DNA from: the human T2T-CHM13v2.0 reference genome, Homo sapiens
DNA length: 64,000 bases
Assembly: GCF_009914755.1 (NCBI RefSeq)
Contig: NC_060939.1
Reading direction: 5' to 3' (one strand)
A model generated the notes under the pieces. It did no database searches. It worked only from the letters and a program-made list of their open reading frames with translations, and was not told the DNA's origin. Positions 1 to 13,749 of this stretch are shown piece after piece. A program made the translations under genes and the position numbers. The stretch's first letter is position 1, and each line of letters opens with the position of its first letter.

Positions 1-125
1 GCCTGTAGTCCCAGCTAATTCGGAGGCTAAGGTGAGAAGATCCCTTGAGCCCAGGAGGTCGAGGCTACAGTGAACTATCATTCTACCATTGCACTCCAGC
101 CTGGGTGAGACAGCAGGATTCTGAA
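1..125 (+). mobile_element. AluJ-type right arm (cut by window edge)
   Basis: gcctgtagtcccagct...gagcccaggaggtcgaggctacagtg...gcactccagcctgggtg; J-type diagnostic gagcccaggaggtcgaggct. Confidence 0.9.
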
Positions 126-232
126 AAGAAAGAAAGGAAGGAAGGAAGGAAGGAAGGAAGGAAGGAAGGAAGGAAGGAAGGAAGGAAGGAAGGAAGGAGC
201 AAGAAAGGAGAGGAAAGGAAAGGAAAGGAATG
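126..232 (+). repeat. (GGAA)n/(GGAAA)n microsatellite grown from Alu tail
   Basis: Long direct ggaa run followed by ggaaa units. Confidence 0.95.
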
Positions 233-1280
233 AAAAGTATGATGCTGAAGCTTATAAAAAATTTCAACTGTCTTCAGTCACTGGCAGTTTCACATTCTGT
301 GTTCCTCGACACTTCCCTGTTTCATTGATTCAATGTACAGTATAAGTATTGAACTCATAAAATACATTTTGATATTAAAAGACCTACCAATCTATCTGTT
401 AAATATGTTGTTTTCGTATGAGATTTTGACAATGGGTTTCTGCAACCAAATAAAAATAAAATGTTTGGAAAGCCATGGCCCCAGAATGGAACACAGTCTT
501 GTTCAGCCTGGAAGTATTCCTTGCCCGACCACACAAGCACGCACAATCCCTCACACAAACACAGATATACATAAACAGCATCAAGATTTATGTAAAGAAA
601 ACACATATTTGCCAATCACTGACTCTGTCTTTAAAAATCACCCCTCCGAATTGAAACCAAGTAGCTCTAAGTGTTTTCTCAAACTGAATGCACCAATCAT
701 TGCTTTCAGCCAGGTCCTTGGCTCAACAAACACACACCGGGGAGGATTCAGGGTTCACAGGAATGACAGTGTTGTAAACAAACTACCTTCAAACCTAGGT
801 GAATAGGTCTATACAAGATTAATCATGTGCTTCCTTCAGTAACTCCTAATGTAGGAACTTTCCTGTGGTGGGAAGAAAAATGACAGTCAAGCCATATTAC
901 CAAGAAATGACATGAGACATGGATGTTGTGCTTGACACAGATGAAGGTCATGGAATTGGATTTCCTTAATGCATCTCAGTTCAGGTTGTTTCCCCATCTC
1001 TGTCTAAATGCTGGGTCATGTGCTCTGGAAACACTCTCCTGTGGATTTAGACTTGAAATATGCCCAGTAACTCTCAGAAGGACAGGGTCAAATATCTGGG
1101 AGGTAAATGCAGGCTCTTTCTTCATGTGTCACATAGCCACGTCCTCTCTGCTGGAAAATAAACAGGTTGACTATCACACTGTCCACCGGTGTGAAGTACG
1201 AACACACAGGGAGCATTTATCTTCCCAATCAACCTTTATCCAGGACGAAGCCCTGTTCTTGCCTTGCATCAAAGTCACCT

Positions 1281-1545
1281 ACTTACACACACGTTTCTTC
1301 AAGAGTCAGAGCCTTGTGCCTAAGAGGGGCAAAGTGAGCTAACTCTGGAAGAAAAAAACCGGAAAGTTAACTTGCAGGGTACTCTGTTAGCATTTCCTGA
1401 AGACTGACAGACACGTGTTCTTTGCTTTGCTTCCTTTCTCTGAGAGCACACAATCTCTAACAGCATTAACGGAGCTGATTACAAGCAGTAAGTGCTGAAA
1501 ACAGACCCCTTTATATGCTACCCTGCAGGTGAAAATTCACATTGG
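1281..1545 (-). promoter_or_regulatory. Candidate TATA/CCAAT promoter and non-coding first exon (minus strand)
   Basis: Minus strand: gaCCAAT (1545-1541), caTATAAAgggg (1515-1510), donor GTAAGT (1286-1281); lies in repeat-free sequence. Confidence 0.3.
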
Positions 1546-1944
1546 TCAGGCTGCAGATCACAAAAACGCTATATGTTTGGGAAGAATCAAATTGTTCAAC
1601 ACCTTCCTCTCCCTGTCTGTGAGAACAACATGTTTGTTAGATTATTTCTCTAATAATCCTCTTCAAGGAACTTGACACTAACATTTATAGAGCATTGGCC
1701 ATAAAATAACTTAAGTTAGAGAAAATCCCTATGTGCCTGGATGTAGGAAATGGTTTGGGGGCTGTTTGGCAGAACAGTGCTGCTGGGTGGTAGGGAGGAG
1801 GCTGGGAGTGCCTGGGAGTCTGTGGTACAGGAGATACCAAGGCCAGGGAATTCTGTAACTTCAAGTAAGGCCCAGTTCATCATCCTAACTACCCCATTTC
1901 AGGAGAGTTTCTTCATACTGTTTGTTCAAGAACTCTGTCTAGTG

Positions 1945-2780
1945 AACAAATCTATTGAGCATTTGCCCATTGAACACTCAGTTCAACTATGTAACGGGAA
2001 CCATGCTGAGTTCTGGGCATAAGTGAGTGGAAACCACATGGGGCCCGCATCAATAAACTTAGCCTGACAATATACTGTTCGGAAAGATTTATGTTTAAGT
2101 CATGCATGGAGTGCCACGGGGACCCACAGAGGAATGTCTTGTTCAAATATGAATTCCAGAAAAGCCTTTCCAGAGTGATGCTATGTTTGAATAGAGTCTA
2201 GAAGTTGAATGCGTTGGCCAGTGGAAGAGTGGAGTAAGGAAATTTCTAATATAGTGAGGAGCTTTTGTATAAGTCACGCTGGGAACTGCAAATACTTTAT
2301 GCAAACTAAGAGATACTAGGAGATTAGAGTGCACCGGGTAGGAGGGGGGTGGTAAATGGAAATGAAAAAGTATGCATGAGTCAGATCATAAAGAAAGGGT
2401 GGTCTTAATCATATCAACAATGAATGAGTCGTGATGAACAGTTCTAAGCAAGAGAATGCCTTGAGAAGGTGTGCATTTCCCAAAGATCCACTCACCAGCA
2501 GTGGAAAGGGCAGTGCCACATCAGGGAGTCCTCTCAAGGGTGTCACAATGACCCTGGCAGGAGGAGACGATGGCGTGGACAAAAGAGAAACAGTTCAGAT
2601 GCAGAGGCAAAGAGAAACTTGGGAGTTTCAAAGGAGGAAGCATTTGTTTGACTTTGTAACTGCTTCTTTGGGGTATTGCGGGAGACAGAGGAATCAATTA
2701 TGATACAGGTATCAGGGTTAAGGAGCTGGCTGGAAGGTAGAACCAGTACTTGAGGTAGAAAAAGTAGAGGAGCAGCTTTT
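1945..2780 (-). mobile_element. L2 fragment (degenerate); appears to resume ~3935-4170
   Basis: aacaaatctattgagcatttg resembles reverse complement of L2 3' end; purine-rich L2-like body follows. Confidence 0.5.
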
Positions 2781-2799
2781 TTTTTTAAGCTTTAAAAGA

Positions 2800-3930
2800 A
2801 TTTTTTAAGTGGGAGAGTTACTGAGGTATTATTTACATACAGTAAATTTATCTGTTTTACATGCATAGTTCTGTGAGGATTGATAAACATAGTCATGTAA
2901 CTTCCTCCACTGTCAAGATACAGAATATTCCCATCACCCTATAAAGTTCCCTCATCTTTGTATGAAGACACTACCTTCTCCCTACCCCAGACCTTGGCAA
3001 CCACCCATCTGATTTCTGTTCTCATACTTTTGCCTTTCCAGAATTTCCCATAATTAGAATCATATAGTATGTGGTGTTTTGTGTGACTTTTTAAAACTCA
3101 ACATAATGTGTCCAGGCGCGGTGGCTCACGCCTGTAATCCCAGCACTTTGGGAGGCCGAGACAGGCGTATCACGAGGTTAGGAGATCGAGACCATCCTGG
3201 CTAACATGGTGAAACCCTGTCTCTACTAAAAATACAAAAAAAAAAAAAAATTAGCTGGATGTGGTGGCGGGTGCCTGTAGTCCAGGTACTCGGGAGGCTG
3301 AGGCAGGAGAATGGCGTGAACCCAGGAGGCGGAGCTTGCAGTGAGCAGAGATCATACCACTGCACTCCAGCCTGGGCGGCAGAGCAAGACTCCGTCTCAA
3401 AAAAAAAAAAAAAAAACAACTTAATGCTTTGAGAGATCCATCTATGCTGTTGCTTGTGTCAGTAGTTTGTTCCTTTATACTGCTGGGTAATATTCCGTTG
3501 TAGGTACCATAAGTTGTTTATCCATTTGCTGGTTGATGGACATTTGGATTGTTACCAATTTTGAGCTATTATGAATAAAGTTAATACGAACATTCAAGTT
3601 TTTGTGTGGACATTTATTGGCATTTCTCAAGAATAAAGACCTAGGAGTGGGATTTCTAGATTGTATGCAAAGTATACATTTAGCATTCTAAGAAGTTTCC
3701 AGACTTTTCCACAGTGCCTGTACCATCCTGCATTCCCACTAGCAACGTAGGAGAGTTCCAGTTGCTCTGCGTCTTCACTACCACTTGGTATTGTTAGTTT
3801 TTTCATTTTAGGCATTTTAGTAGGTGTGTAATGGTTTCTCATTTTGCTTTTAATTTGCATTTCCCTAAGGAATAATGATGTTGAACATCTTTTTATGTGC
3901 TTATAATATTATATTTTGGTGAAGCATCCA
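2800..3930 (-). mobile_element. Old L1M (MB/MC/ME-like) 3' end, interrupted by AluY
   Basis: tgaggtattatttacatacagtaaa...cagaatattcccatcacc...tttaatttgcatttccctaa; minus ORF 3627-3860 (MQIKSKMRNHYTPTKM...) resembles L1 ORF2 C-terminus. Confidence 0.85.
3110..3416 (+). mobile_element. AluY
   Basis: gatcgagaccatcctggctaac, gagaatggcgtgaaccc, ggagcttgcagtgagc diagnostics; A-tail; degenerate TSD caacataatg/caacttaatg. Confidence 0.95.
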
Positions 3931-4854
3931 TGTGGTGACATGCAGTAGGCGGTTGCATATATAAGTCTGAAACTAAGAAAGACGTAGCTATAAAGATTTG
4001 AATTGAAGTTTTTCTGGTATTTGAATCCATCGGACTTTGTCAGTTTTCCAATTAAAATCAGTCTGACCAGCAAAGGGCGAAAATGAGGATTCAGTATGGA
4101 AGGGTAGGACAGAATTTCTTTGAGGAAAACAATGGTCAGTTGAACTGCAAGGATTTGGAATAGGATGCTAGCACCTAAATTCTACTATCCACCCCTTCTA
4201 TGGTAAGTACGTATTGGAGAGGAAGAAATGAGAAGCAGGACTACAGTTTGGAGGCTACTGGAGCCAGTGTATTTTTTTAAAAAAAAAAAAAAACCCTAAA
4301 TAATGCATATTTCTTGTGAATATAACTTTCATAGGTACACACATGGGGTTATAGACATACAAAAAATCCTTGAGCCTTAAGAAAGAAGAAAAACTGCTAA
4401 TCTTAGACTGGTAATTTTTTCTGTAAACAGGTCTTATGTTATTTACTGGTCTATAGCATTCACTATAAATATTTAAACTTCCATTCTTTATGATAGATTA
4501 CAGTACAAGCATAAAGTTGTCACCAACCTGTTGCATCTAACAATAGCTAGCAAACCCATGTAACAGTTGTAACAGACTCGTTTTACCTGTACAAAAGATT
4601 GTACATAATCCTTTATCCTTTTTCCTGCATGATTTGATGAGAAAGAAGGTTGGTGTACACAGTTTATTTTCTCCATAAAATGGAGGTGCTAATGTCCACT
4701 TTGCAAGTATTAAGCAAAATAATACATGGATTCCAGTAGGTGCTCAAAAATGTTAACTGAGCCAAATTGAATTGAAATCATTAAAAATACTATTACTGTA
4801 CAGAGGAATAAAATGTATGGCAGAGTAACACAGCATTGGGAAGAAAAGAGAAAG

Positions 4855-5090
4855 CCTCTGGGGTATCTTGCATTGGCCCCTCCACAGTCACCATTCCCTA
4901 GACCTGCTGTCTGCCCTTGAAGGTGGACTTCTATGAATAGGACAAGACTCTCCCTTAACCCTCGCTTTCAGAGGGTTCAGAGGATGGGAACCTTAGCAAA
5001 GGATTACAGGGAAGGGAAAATTAGGGACATATTTATTCCTTGGTTGGCTCCCTCTAAGTGGGCACAACCTTGGTTGGTACAACATTTAGA
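4855..5090 (+). mobile_element. LTR33-like (ERVL) LTR, 5' portion
   Basis: gggtatcttgcattggcccctccacag...ctgctgtctgccc...atatttattccttggttggctccctc resembles LTR33 and the copy at 11280-11739. Confidence 0.55.
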
Positions 5091-5177
5091 ACAGGGTTTT
5101 GTAACCTTGTTATGTCACATGGTCCTTCTTGGCAATCCAGTGAAGTGTATGAACACCTTTTCAGATTAATATTTTTA

Positions 5178-5558
<381 letters not shown>

Positions 5559-5830
5559 TCAGGAATGGAAAACCAAATATTATATGTTCTCACTTGTAAG
5601 TGGGAGCTAAGCTATGAGTATGCAAAGGCATAAGAATGACATGTGGGGACTTTGGGGACTCAGTGGGGAAGGTTGGGAGGAGGCTGAGGAATAAAAGACT
5701 ACATATTGGGTACTGTGTACACTATTCAGTTGATGGGTGTACTAAAATTTCAGAAATCACCACTAAAGAATTTATCCATGTAACCATAAACTACCTGTAC
5801 CCCCAAAACTATCAAAATAAAAATAAAAGA
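5559..5830 (+). mobile_element. L1PB-like 3' end
   Basis: aggaatggaaaaccaaata...tgttctcacttgtaagtgggagctaagctatgag...tcaccactaaagaa...A-rich tail. Confidence 0.9.
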
Positions 5831-6067
5831 TTCACACAGATTCATGTCAGAATTTTTAAAAATAAAACATAGTTTCATATTTGTACATATATATTTATCT
5901 GTATATATTGGAATTTATATACATATATGTTTGTGATATAGTAGTATATGTGCTTCTTTATTGGCACATTAAATACCAAGATAATATAACGTAGGAAGTT
6001 GAGATTAAATTTTATTTTCTAAGAGATATGTCAATGTTATTTAATCCGAATAAGAACATTAAACTCA

Positions 6068-6416
6068 GGTCAGCTACAGTGGCTCACATCTGTAATCCGA
6101 GCACTCTGGGAGGCTGAGGCAGGTGAATTGCTTGACTCCAGGGGTTTGAGGCCAGCCTGCGCAACATAGCGAGATCTGGTCTCTACAAAAAATACAAAAA
6201 TTAGCTAATCATGGTGGCATGTGCCTGTGGTCCCAGCTACTCAGGAGGCTGAGGCTGGAGGATTGCTTGAGCCCAGGAGGTTGAGGCTACAGAGAGCCAT
6301 GTTTGTGTCACTGCACTCACTCCAGCCTGGGTGACAGAGTGAGACCGTCTCAAAAAAAAATAAAATACAATAAAATAAATAAACCTTAAAAAAACAAAAA
6401 ACAACAACAAAAAACA
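6068..6416 (+). mobile_element. AluJ
   Basis: Full dimer with ggattgcttgagcccaggaggttgaggct; TSD aacattaaactc (6055-6066 / 6417-6428). Confidence 0.95.
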
Positions 6417-6436
6417 AACATTAAACTCTGGGGTGA

Positions 6437-6798
<362 letters not shown>

Positions 6799-6879
6799 CA
6801 ATTGTGATTTTTTTGTTTTAATGATTACAAATGTTAAAAAAAAAAAAAAAAATCCTGTTTACAAAGATACAATGTTGCA

Positions 6880-7450
6880 AGCGGAATTATAAGTTTCCAT
6901 AGCTCATTTCACAAGATCAAGATAGGCTTGTCTCAAAAAACACCAAAATGTTTCAAGGCTGTTATAGTTAAACTAATTGTAGTAAGTTTGTTATGTTAGT
7001 CAGTTTTTTTGCCCTTAAGATCAACACATTCCTCTTTGGCTCAGTCCACATTTTCAATCTAGTTTATATCAGAGAGAAATGTATTATGGATCCATAATTC
7101 AACTTTAGTGCCATCAAGATAGAGAAAAATTTTGAAAGACTTTTAAAGAGTTTCCAGGTATTTTCTGGTTTATCTTGTCAAAGAAATTGACAGAGAAATT
7201 TGTATCTTGACTCCATCTTGGAAAAGCAACTCCTCCAGTAACTTAAAGTTTGTAAGGACATTGGCCTCTACTTTTTTCTTCCATATCAGCAGCTAAAGCA
7301 AGGCAGTTTTTAATTTTTCTGTTGCGTCCATAAAGGTAACTTCAAGACCCTGAATGGAAAGATTTATCTTATTCATATGGTTAAAAATGTCTGCAAGGTA
7401 AGCCAGCTCATAGATAAAATTCTTTCTTTCAGGAAAGTTCTAGAATGAAT
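6880..7450 (-). pseudogene. Decayed hAT (Charlie/Buster) transposase, C-terminal part
   Basis: Minus translation 7406-7347 LAYLADIFNHMNKINLSIQG matches the Buster/ZBED5-type motif LAYLADIFxxLNxLNLSLQG; in-frame stops nearby. Confidence 0.85.
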
Positions 7451-7459
7451 TTTCCTTTA

Positions 7460-8505
7460 AGTTTTATTTTTTAATTGGTACATAAAAATTGTACATATTT
7501 ATGAGGTAGAATGGGATGTTTTGATAATATATATATATTTGATTACATATATATATGTATACTGTGTAATGATCAAATCAATGTAATTAGCAAATCCATC
7601 ACCTCAAACCTTTATCATTTCTTTGTGATGAGAACATTCAAAATCCTCTATTCTGGTTCTTTTGAAATATATATTATTGTTAACTATAGTCATCCTACTG
7701 TGACTAGAACACCAGAACATGGTCTTCCCATCTAACTGTAGCCTTCTACTCACAGACCAACCTTTCTCCCTCCTCCTCTCCCCTCCCTTTCCAAGCCTCC
7801 AGTAACCATTATTCTACTCACTACTTCTATAAATCAACTGTTTTAGATTTTGCATATTAATGAGATCATGAGGTATTTGTTTTTCTGTGTCTGACTTATT
7901 TCCCTTAGCATAATGTCCTCCAAATTCATTCATGTTGTCACAAATGACAGGATTTCATTCTTTTTATGGCTAAGTAGTATTCCATTGTGTATATATGCTA
8001 CATTTTCTTTATCCATTCATTCATTCATTGATGGACACTGAGACTGAATTCCATATTTTGGCTACTGTCAATAGTGTTGCAGTAAGCATGGGAGTGCTCT
8101 TTGACAAACTAATTTCATTTCCTTTGGCTATATACCCAGTAGAGGGACTGCCAGGTCATACGGTAATTCTATTTTTAAGTTTTTGAGGAACACCCATACA
8201 GTTTTCCATAATGGCTGTACTACTTTGCATTGCCACCAACAATGTGTAAGATTCCCTTTTCTCCACATCTTCACCAACACTTGTAATCTGTTGTCTTTCT
8301 AATAATAGCCAGTCTAACTAAAGTGAGATGATATCTCATTGTGGCTTTGATTTGCACTTCCCTGACAATTAGTGATGTTGAGCATTTTTTCATATACCTG
8401 TTGGCCATTTCTATGTCTTCTTTTCAGAAATGTCTATTCAGGTCTTTTGCCCATTTTTTTAAATTGGATATTTGGGTTTAGTTTTGTTTGGTTGCTATTG
8501 GGTTT
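7460..8505 (-). mobile_element. L1MA 3' end inserted in the Charlie transposase
   Basis: attgtacatatttatgagg...tccatcacctcaaac...tcattgtggctttgatttgcacttccctgac...gttgagcattttttcata. Confidence 0.9.
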
Positions 8506-8509
8506 TCTT

Positions 8510-9300
8510 TTTTATTGAGAGGAGGTAAAATTCTGCCCTTAGTTTGTTAGCAGTGGCTATCAGGCCCTCTTGCTAGAGAACCTCAGTGTGATGGAAAAGC
8601 TCCTCATACTCTGCTCCCATCTCTTAACAAACTCTTTTTAAAATAGCATGATTCAGAGAGCTGCTTCACATACACTTGATGACCTTACGGCTATTGGCCG
8701 AACTGGCTTCAGAATTGCTGGGAGAGTCCATGATGTCAAAGCACGGCTGTGTGAAAGAGAATGAGTGACACCAACGTAAGAAGCTTCCATTTTCTCTATA
8801 TACCAAAAGTAGATGCACCACCAAGTATTATAGAAGCACCATCTGTGCAGAGTCTGATGCTTTTATTTCCAGGCAAAGTTTTGTTTTCCAAAATACTGCA
8901 GCACTTTGTAGTTTCCATAAGGGACTCACAAAATAAGAATTCTTTAAAAGCTTCAGCGTGCACACAGGGAGCAAAAGTGGGGAGCTGGCTACAATGAGAA
9001 ATGTCCGTTTGCATCCCACCATAGAGTGAGTGGGAATGGCAAAGCTGCCAATTCCCAAAGACAGACTTCAGAATGTCCTTCTAAAAATCAGCTACTCCAG
9101 ACCAGATCTCACCACTTAACAAAGGTGCCATTACCAGCCTTTTCCTTCTGCTCCTGTCCACGGACCAGCCCCACGTTGTCTAGCACCTATGGCTTTACTA
9201 TCACCTCTCTAGTAGTGTGGGGCTTCTTTCACTTGGCAAATACAAACTTGGAAGTATCCTATACAGAGTTAAGATTTTTCATTTGAACCATCCCCTTTTT
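8510..9300 (-). pseudogene. Decayed hAT (Charlie/Buster) transposase, catalytic N-terminal part
   Basis: Minus motifs KKPHT (~9230), TDISHCSQL, KEFLFC, CTDGA (~8835-8849), EMGAEYEELFHHTEV (~8580-8620); stops and frameshifts. Confidence 0.85.
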
Positions 9301-9653
9301 CGAACTTTCAGCAAACTCTGAAAACTGCTAACCTACTTTCACAAATGTATCAACCATGGTAAACAGGAAATACTCAAAGTAACATAGTATGTGGATTACC
9401 CAAGTAAGAACAAGTAACTCTACCTTCAGTGGCACCGTTGCACAAGCACACATATATAGAGAGACTGCATGTTTCTTCCAGCAACACGTCTAAAAACTGG
9501 TGTATTTTCAAAGTAGTGATGCACGGATGACATTTCAAGGAATTCACAAACGACTGTGTTATTAAATACTGTGTGATTTCTATTATGACAAAGTCACAGA
9601 TATTACTAGCACTACTGTGGTTTGTGGACTACATTCATAATTGAGAGAAATGT

Positions 9654-9985
<332 letters not shown>

Positions 9986-10109
9986 TTAGTGAAAATGGAG
10001 ATACAATTTTTTCCTATCTAAGTTCACGAACTCCTTGAAATCTCTCCAAACACCAAGGTTAAGAAAAAGTAACTTTAAAAGGAGAAATAGCCCAAGGTTA
10101 AATTAGATC

Positions 10110-11279
10110 CCTCTGATCACAGAGTGAGCAGTGCTTTGTCATTGCAGGATTAGGCATACATTTCACATATATATTTGTCATTCCTACCCAAACTGCTTGT
10201 GCTAAAGGCACTATTCACAGACTTACAGGATGTCCTATCCAAGACTGTGTTATCTCATTTAATGTTGCTTCCAACCAGGAAAGACATTTTACAACAAAGG
10301 AGGGTCAGACCTAGGCTCACATGGGGGAATTAATTCGTCTTACTATCCTCGGATGGTAATTGTTTTTATAGAACAATACAATAGCCTGCTGAAGATTTAG
10401 TGACAGAACCAACTGAAGAAAGACCCTATGAGGTTAGGTTATGCTCTAACAGGATGCAAAACGTATCTTGAAACAGCAGCCTCTATTAGGTTTCACCTTT
10501 CCCATAGCCAGAATGCTTGGGTTCAAGAAAGTGGTAGTGGTAATGGTGTTGAGAGTGGTTCCTCTGATTATTATTCCGAATAACTCACTTACAAAACATT
10601 TGCTTTCCATCCCCATGGCCTTGGGCTTCGTGGGTTTGGAAGTCATGGTTCCAATCATTGGAAGCCGAGGTTGCCCTCTCACCATTTTGGGCTTCTCATA
10701 CCATTGAGTAAAAGGGAATTTTAAAGGAGTCATTCTACTGACTGGTATGCATGTGCATGACTCCAGTTACCAAGTGGAAATGGATTGCTGATCCCCAATA
10801 TAAATAAGGACTAGGCTTGAAATTCAAATACTCACTGGAATGCTTGTAAGTACTCCTTTGTCCAATTGACTTGATCAATGGAAGTCAATAAAATCAAAAC
10901 CATTATGGCTTCTAATCTTTCAGAAATTGAGCTTTCAGTATCCTCAGCAATATAGAAATTAAGTAAAGAATCCCACCTAACCTATGGGGCTGGTAGAGGG
11001 TAAAGGAAGCATGGATCTGGTGGTGAAAGAAAATAGCTATGGTTATCCACCTGGGCCTCAAGGCTAGCTACAGAAGGACTATATTTGCTATGTTATGTAA
11101 TTATTTAAGTTCTACCCCTGCCTCCTTCCTTATATAAAGAATATGAGTAGTGGCTAGTAGGTTATATTTCCCATATAAGTAAAACCAAATATATAGCTTT
11201 TTTGTATTTGCTGTTTGAAGAATGTGAACTTTTACATAGGCAAAGGACAAGATGGATTCTACAGGGCAAAGGGGTGGAC
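10110..11279 (+). mobile_element. ERVL internal fragment (decayed integrase core + dUTPase region + polypurine tract)
   Basis: Translation near 10129-10310 QCFVIAG...ACAKGTIHRLTGC...NVASNQERHFTTKE resembles HERV-L integrase (ASDQGTHFTAKE); dUTPase-like ~10610-10820; aaaggggtggac immediately before LTR TG. Confidence 0.75.
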
Positions 11280-11739
11280 TGTGATGAATATTTACTATTT
11301 TCTCCTCCAGATCCACTCTTCTCCTTTCTCTACCCTGCCCTGCTCTCTGCCCCTGGGCTGATCCATTTGGGTCTCAACAACAAGACTCTCATGCCCTCTG
11401 GCTTCTGCCTAGGTGGGGTTAAGGGAGAGCTCCAGCAGGAGATCAGAGGAAGGGAAGAGACAGCATCTTGAATATTCATTTGGCCAGCTGCACCTGACTT
11501 CCCACAGGTGAACTTTTATGCATGACTCTCTTCTTCTGGGTTAAATTCTGGTAACTCCTCCCCTTTCTCATCTCTTTGAAACTAGGGGTGCTGACAGGTC
11601 TACACCCTGCTGATTCTTCTGTGAATGGTAGCTCTATTGTTCCTATTGGTAACTTTATTAATGGCCTCCAGAAGAAGAAGAAGAAAGAAGAAATATGAGT
11701 ACATTATTTGTTTCCTTTTGAAGCCTTTTCTGAGATACA
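11280..11739 (+). mobile_element. LTR33 (ERVL) 3' LTR
   Basis: TG...cctccagatccactcttctcctttctctaccctgccctgctc...gccctctggcttc...cagcaggagatcagagg...gataCA. Confidence 0.8.
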
Positions 11740-13419
11740 GCTTTGCTATGGGGGGATGAATGTCAAGTTGGATCTTACAGATCACGAGAGGAAGGTGCAT
11801 ATGCCAGAGAAAACATCTACTTCATCAACATTTCATACCTGGAAGGCTGAAAAAGAGCCTAACATAGTCTAGAAACCACAAGAGTACGTGGGGCATAAGG
11901 CAGGAAAATGGGGCAGAAATGCATGATTACAAAGAGCCTTAAATGTTATGCCAAAGTATGGGACATCATCCTGTGAGTGGAAGGAAACAGAATCCAAAAC
12001 TGTTTTTTGTCACTGGGATTTATTACCTTTCACTTCTGAAAACTATTGCCTTATTGGAAAGAAATCCACAAAATGATTTTGCCTCCATTAGGGGGAAAAA
12101 AAAACAAAAAACAAAAATGTTACATTTGAAAGGGCAATGACATCTCCTCTAAGTTTGGCTCAGAGACAACTCCCATCGTGTCAGATACCGACACTGTCAA
12201 AGAATCACCTCAGTTTGCTCCATTCTGCAGCCAGCAAAAGAACAATTTCCCCTCTTTTATTTTCTCTTCTCCATTGAGCAGCTGAGCAGACCCCTGAGAG
12301 ACTCCTGGCTCTCTTGACTTGGCAGAGTTTGTTGATGCATGTAGAAGAGCATTTTTGCTTTCTTTGGAAACATCTGTGGGAAATTGTGGCCACCAAGAAG
12401 GCATGGATGGCAAGAACTGTGGCTTCTCATACTAAGCTCTTTCTCTGAGCTGAGTGGCAGCCTCTGTAATCCCTGGGATTCCTCTGATAGATTGTTGACT
12501 ATCTCCAATACCAGCTTGCTTCTAGGCACTATACTGGCTTTTACAGAGTTCCCAGGCTGATGTGTCTCAAGTTCCCATTGTTCTTTCCATGCCAAGCATT
12601 CTTGGACTTTTGAATGTTACCAATATCCTTCAAAGTATGCAGATTGTTTAGGAGGCAAACTCTACACCTTTTATCACGAGTCAAAATTGTATTAATGGAA
12701 TAATCTCCTCCCTTGGTAAAATTTGTTGGTTTTTCCAAATAAATAAATGACTATCTGCATTCCATCACCCTAGGCAAATCCACAGAATCAGGGACCTCCA
12801 TATCGCTCCTGTTATTAATTAGCACAATTATTCTCTTTGAGATACTAGGCCACAGGATCAGTGTGGCTTCCACAGGCATCAGAAGCCAAGACTCTAATCT
12901 CTAGTGCATCTTCAGCCTCCTCTGCTGCCGAGTGGGCTTCAGCACATTAACAACCCTGTCTCTCAGCTATCCAAGGATTTGATTTAATTACACTGCTAGT
13001 GTCTGTCTTCATTGGAAGTCTCCACACATGCTGTTTTCTCCATTAGTATGGATTGCACTTCTTCTCTGCTGCAATGTCTCATTCTTGTCCTTCCTTGGGC
13101 TTTAGTGGCTAATAGACATTTTCATTAATTTTCATCTCTCCTAGTGCTTAATAAACATCTTCTTAGGCACTCATCCTAGAAGTAGAAAACCATTTAGCTC
13201 AACCAAAAGGCTGAACTCCAGACCCTTCCTAAGACCAAAACTTGTCTTTCTATTGCTATTGTCTCCCTACTTCTCACAGGCTCTAAGGGTCTACTCCAAG
13301 AACCCAGTAGAGACTCTGCTCTTATCTAAATTGCTTACACCTATTTGAAGTTTTCTGGTTGCCATTCCTTAGTACATTTCATAAAAGTCACACACTCACA
13401 CACCCACAAAAGTTTCACG

Positions 13420-13740
13420 AATCAAGTTTTTCACTGCATTCAACAATTAAGAAAGGGTTAAGTAAACCATGGTACTTACTCAACAGGGGAATATGCAGTA
13501 ATTGACATATATATGAAGTATACATATTAAAATAAATAAATATGTATATAAAGACTGCATAAAACACTGTGGGAAAATATTTACATTGTGCTATTAGCAA
13601 GAAACAAAGTTGTACATATAGCATTATCACAATTATATTTTAAAATATACACACTCACATCCCCATGCATATGGCAAAGACAGGAGGGAGCTATACTAAA
13701 ATATTTACTATGGCTAATATAGGTAGGATATCTTGGAGAG
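13420..13740 (+). mobile_element. L1ME-like 3' fragment
   Basis: gggttaagtaaaccatggtacttact...gaatatgcagtaatt; old L1 3' UTR pattern. Confidence 0.55.
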
Positions 13741-13749
13741 AATTATCTT

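Noticed and set aside
333-806. 157-aa ORF (+)
   Set aside because: No recognisable homology, no flanking splice or promoter support.
10446-10733. 95-aa minus ORF and 79-aa plus ORF
   Set aside because: Both lie in decayed ERVL integrase/dUTPase sequence; fossil, not an intact gene.
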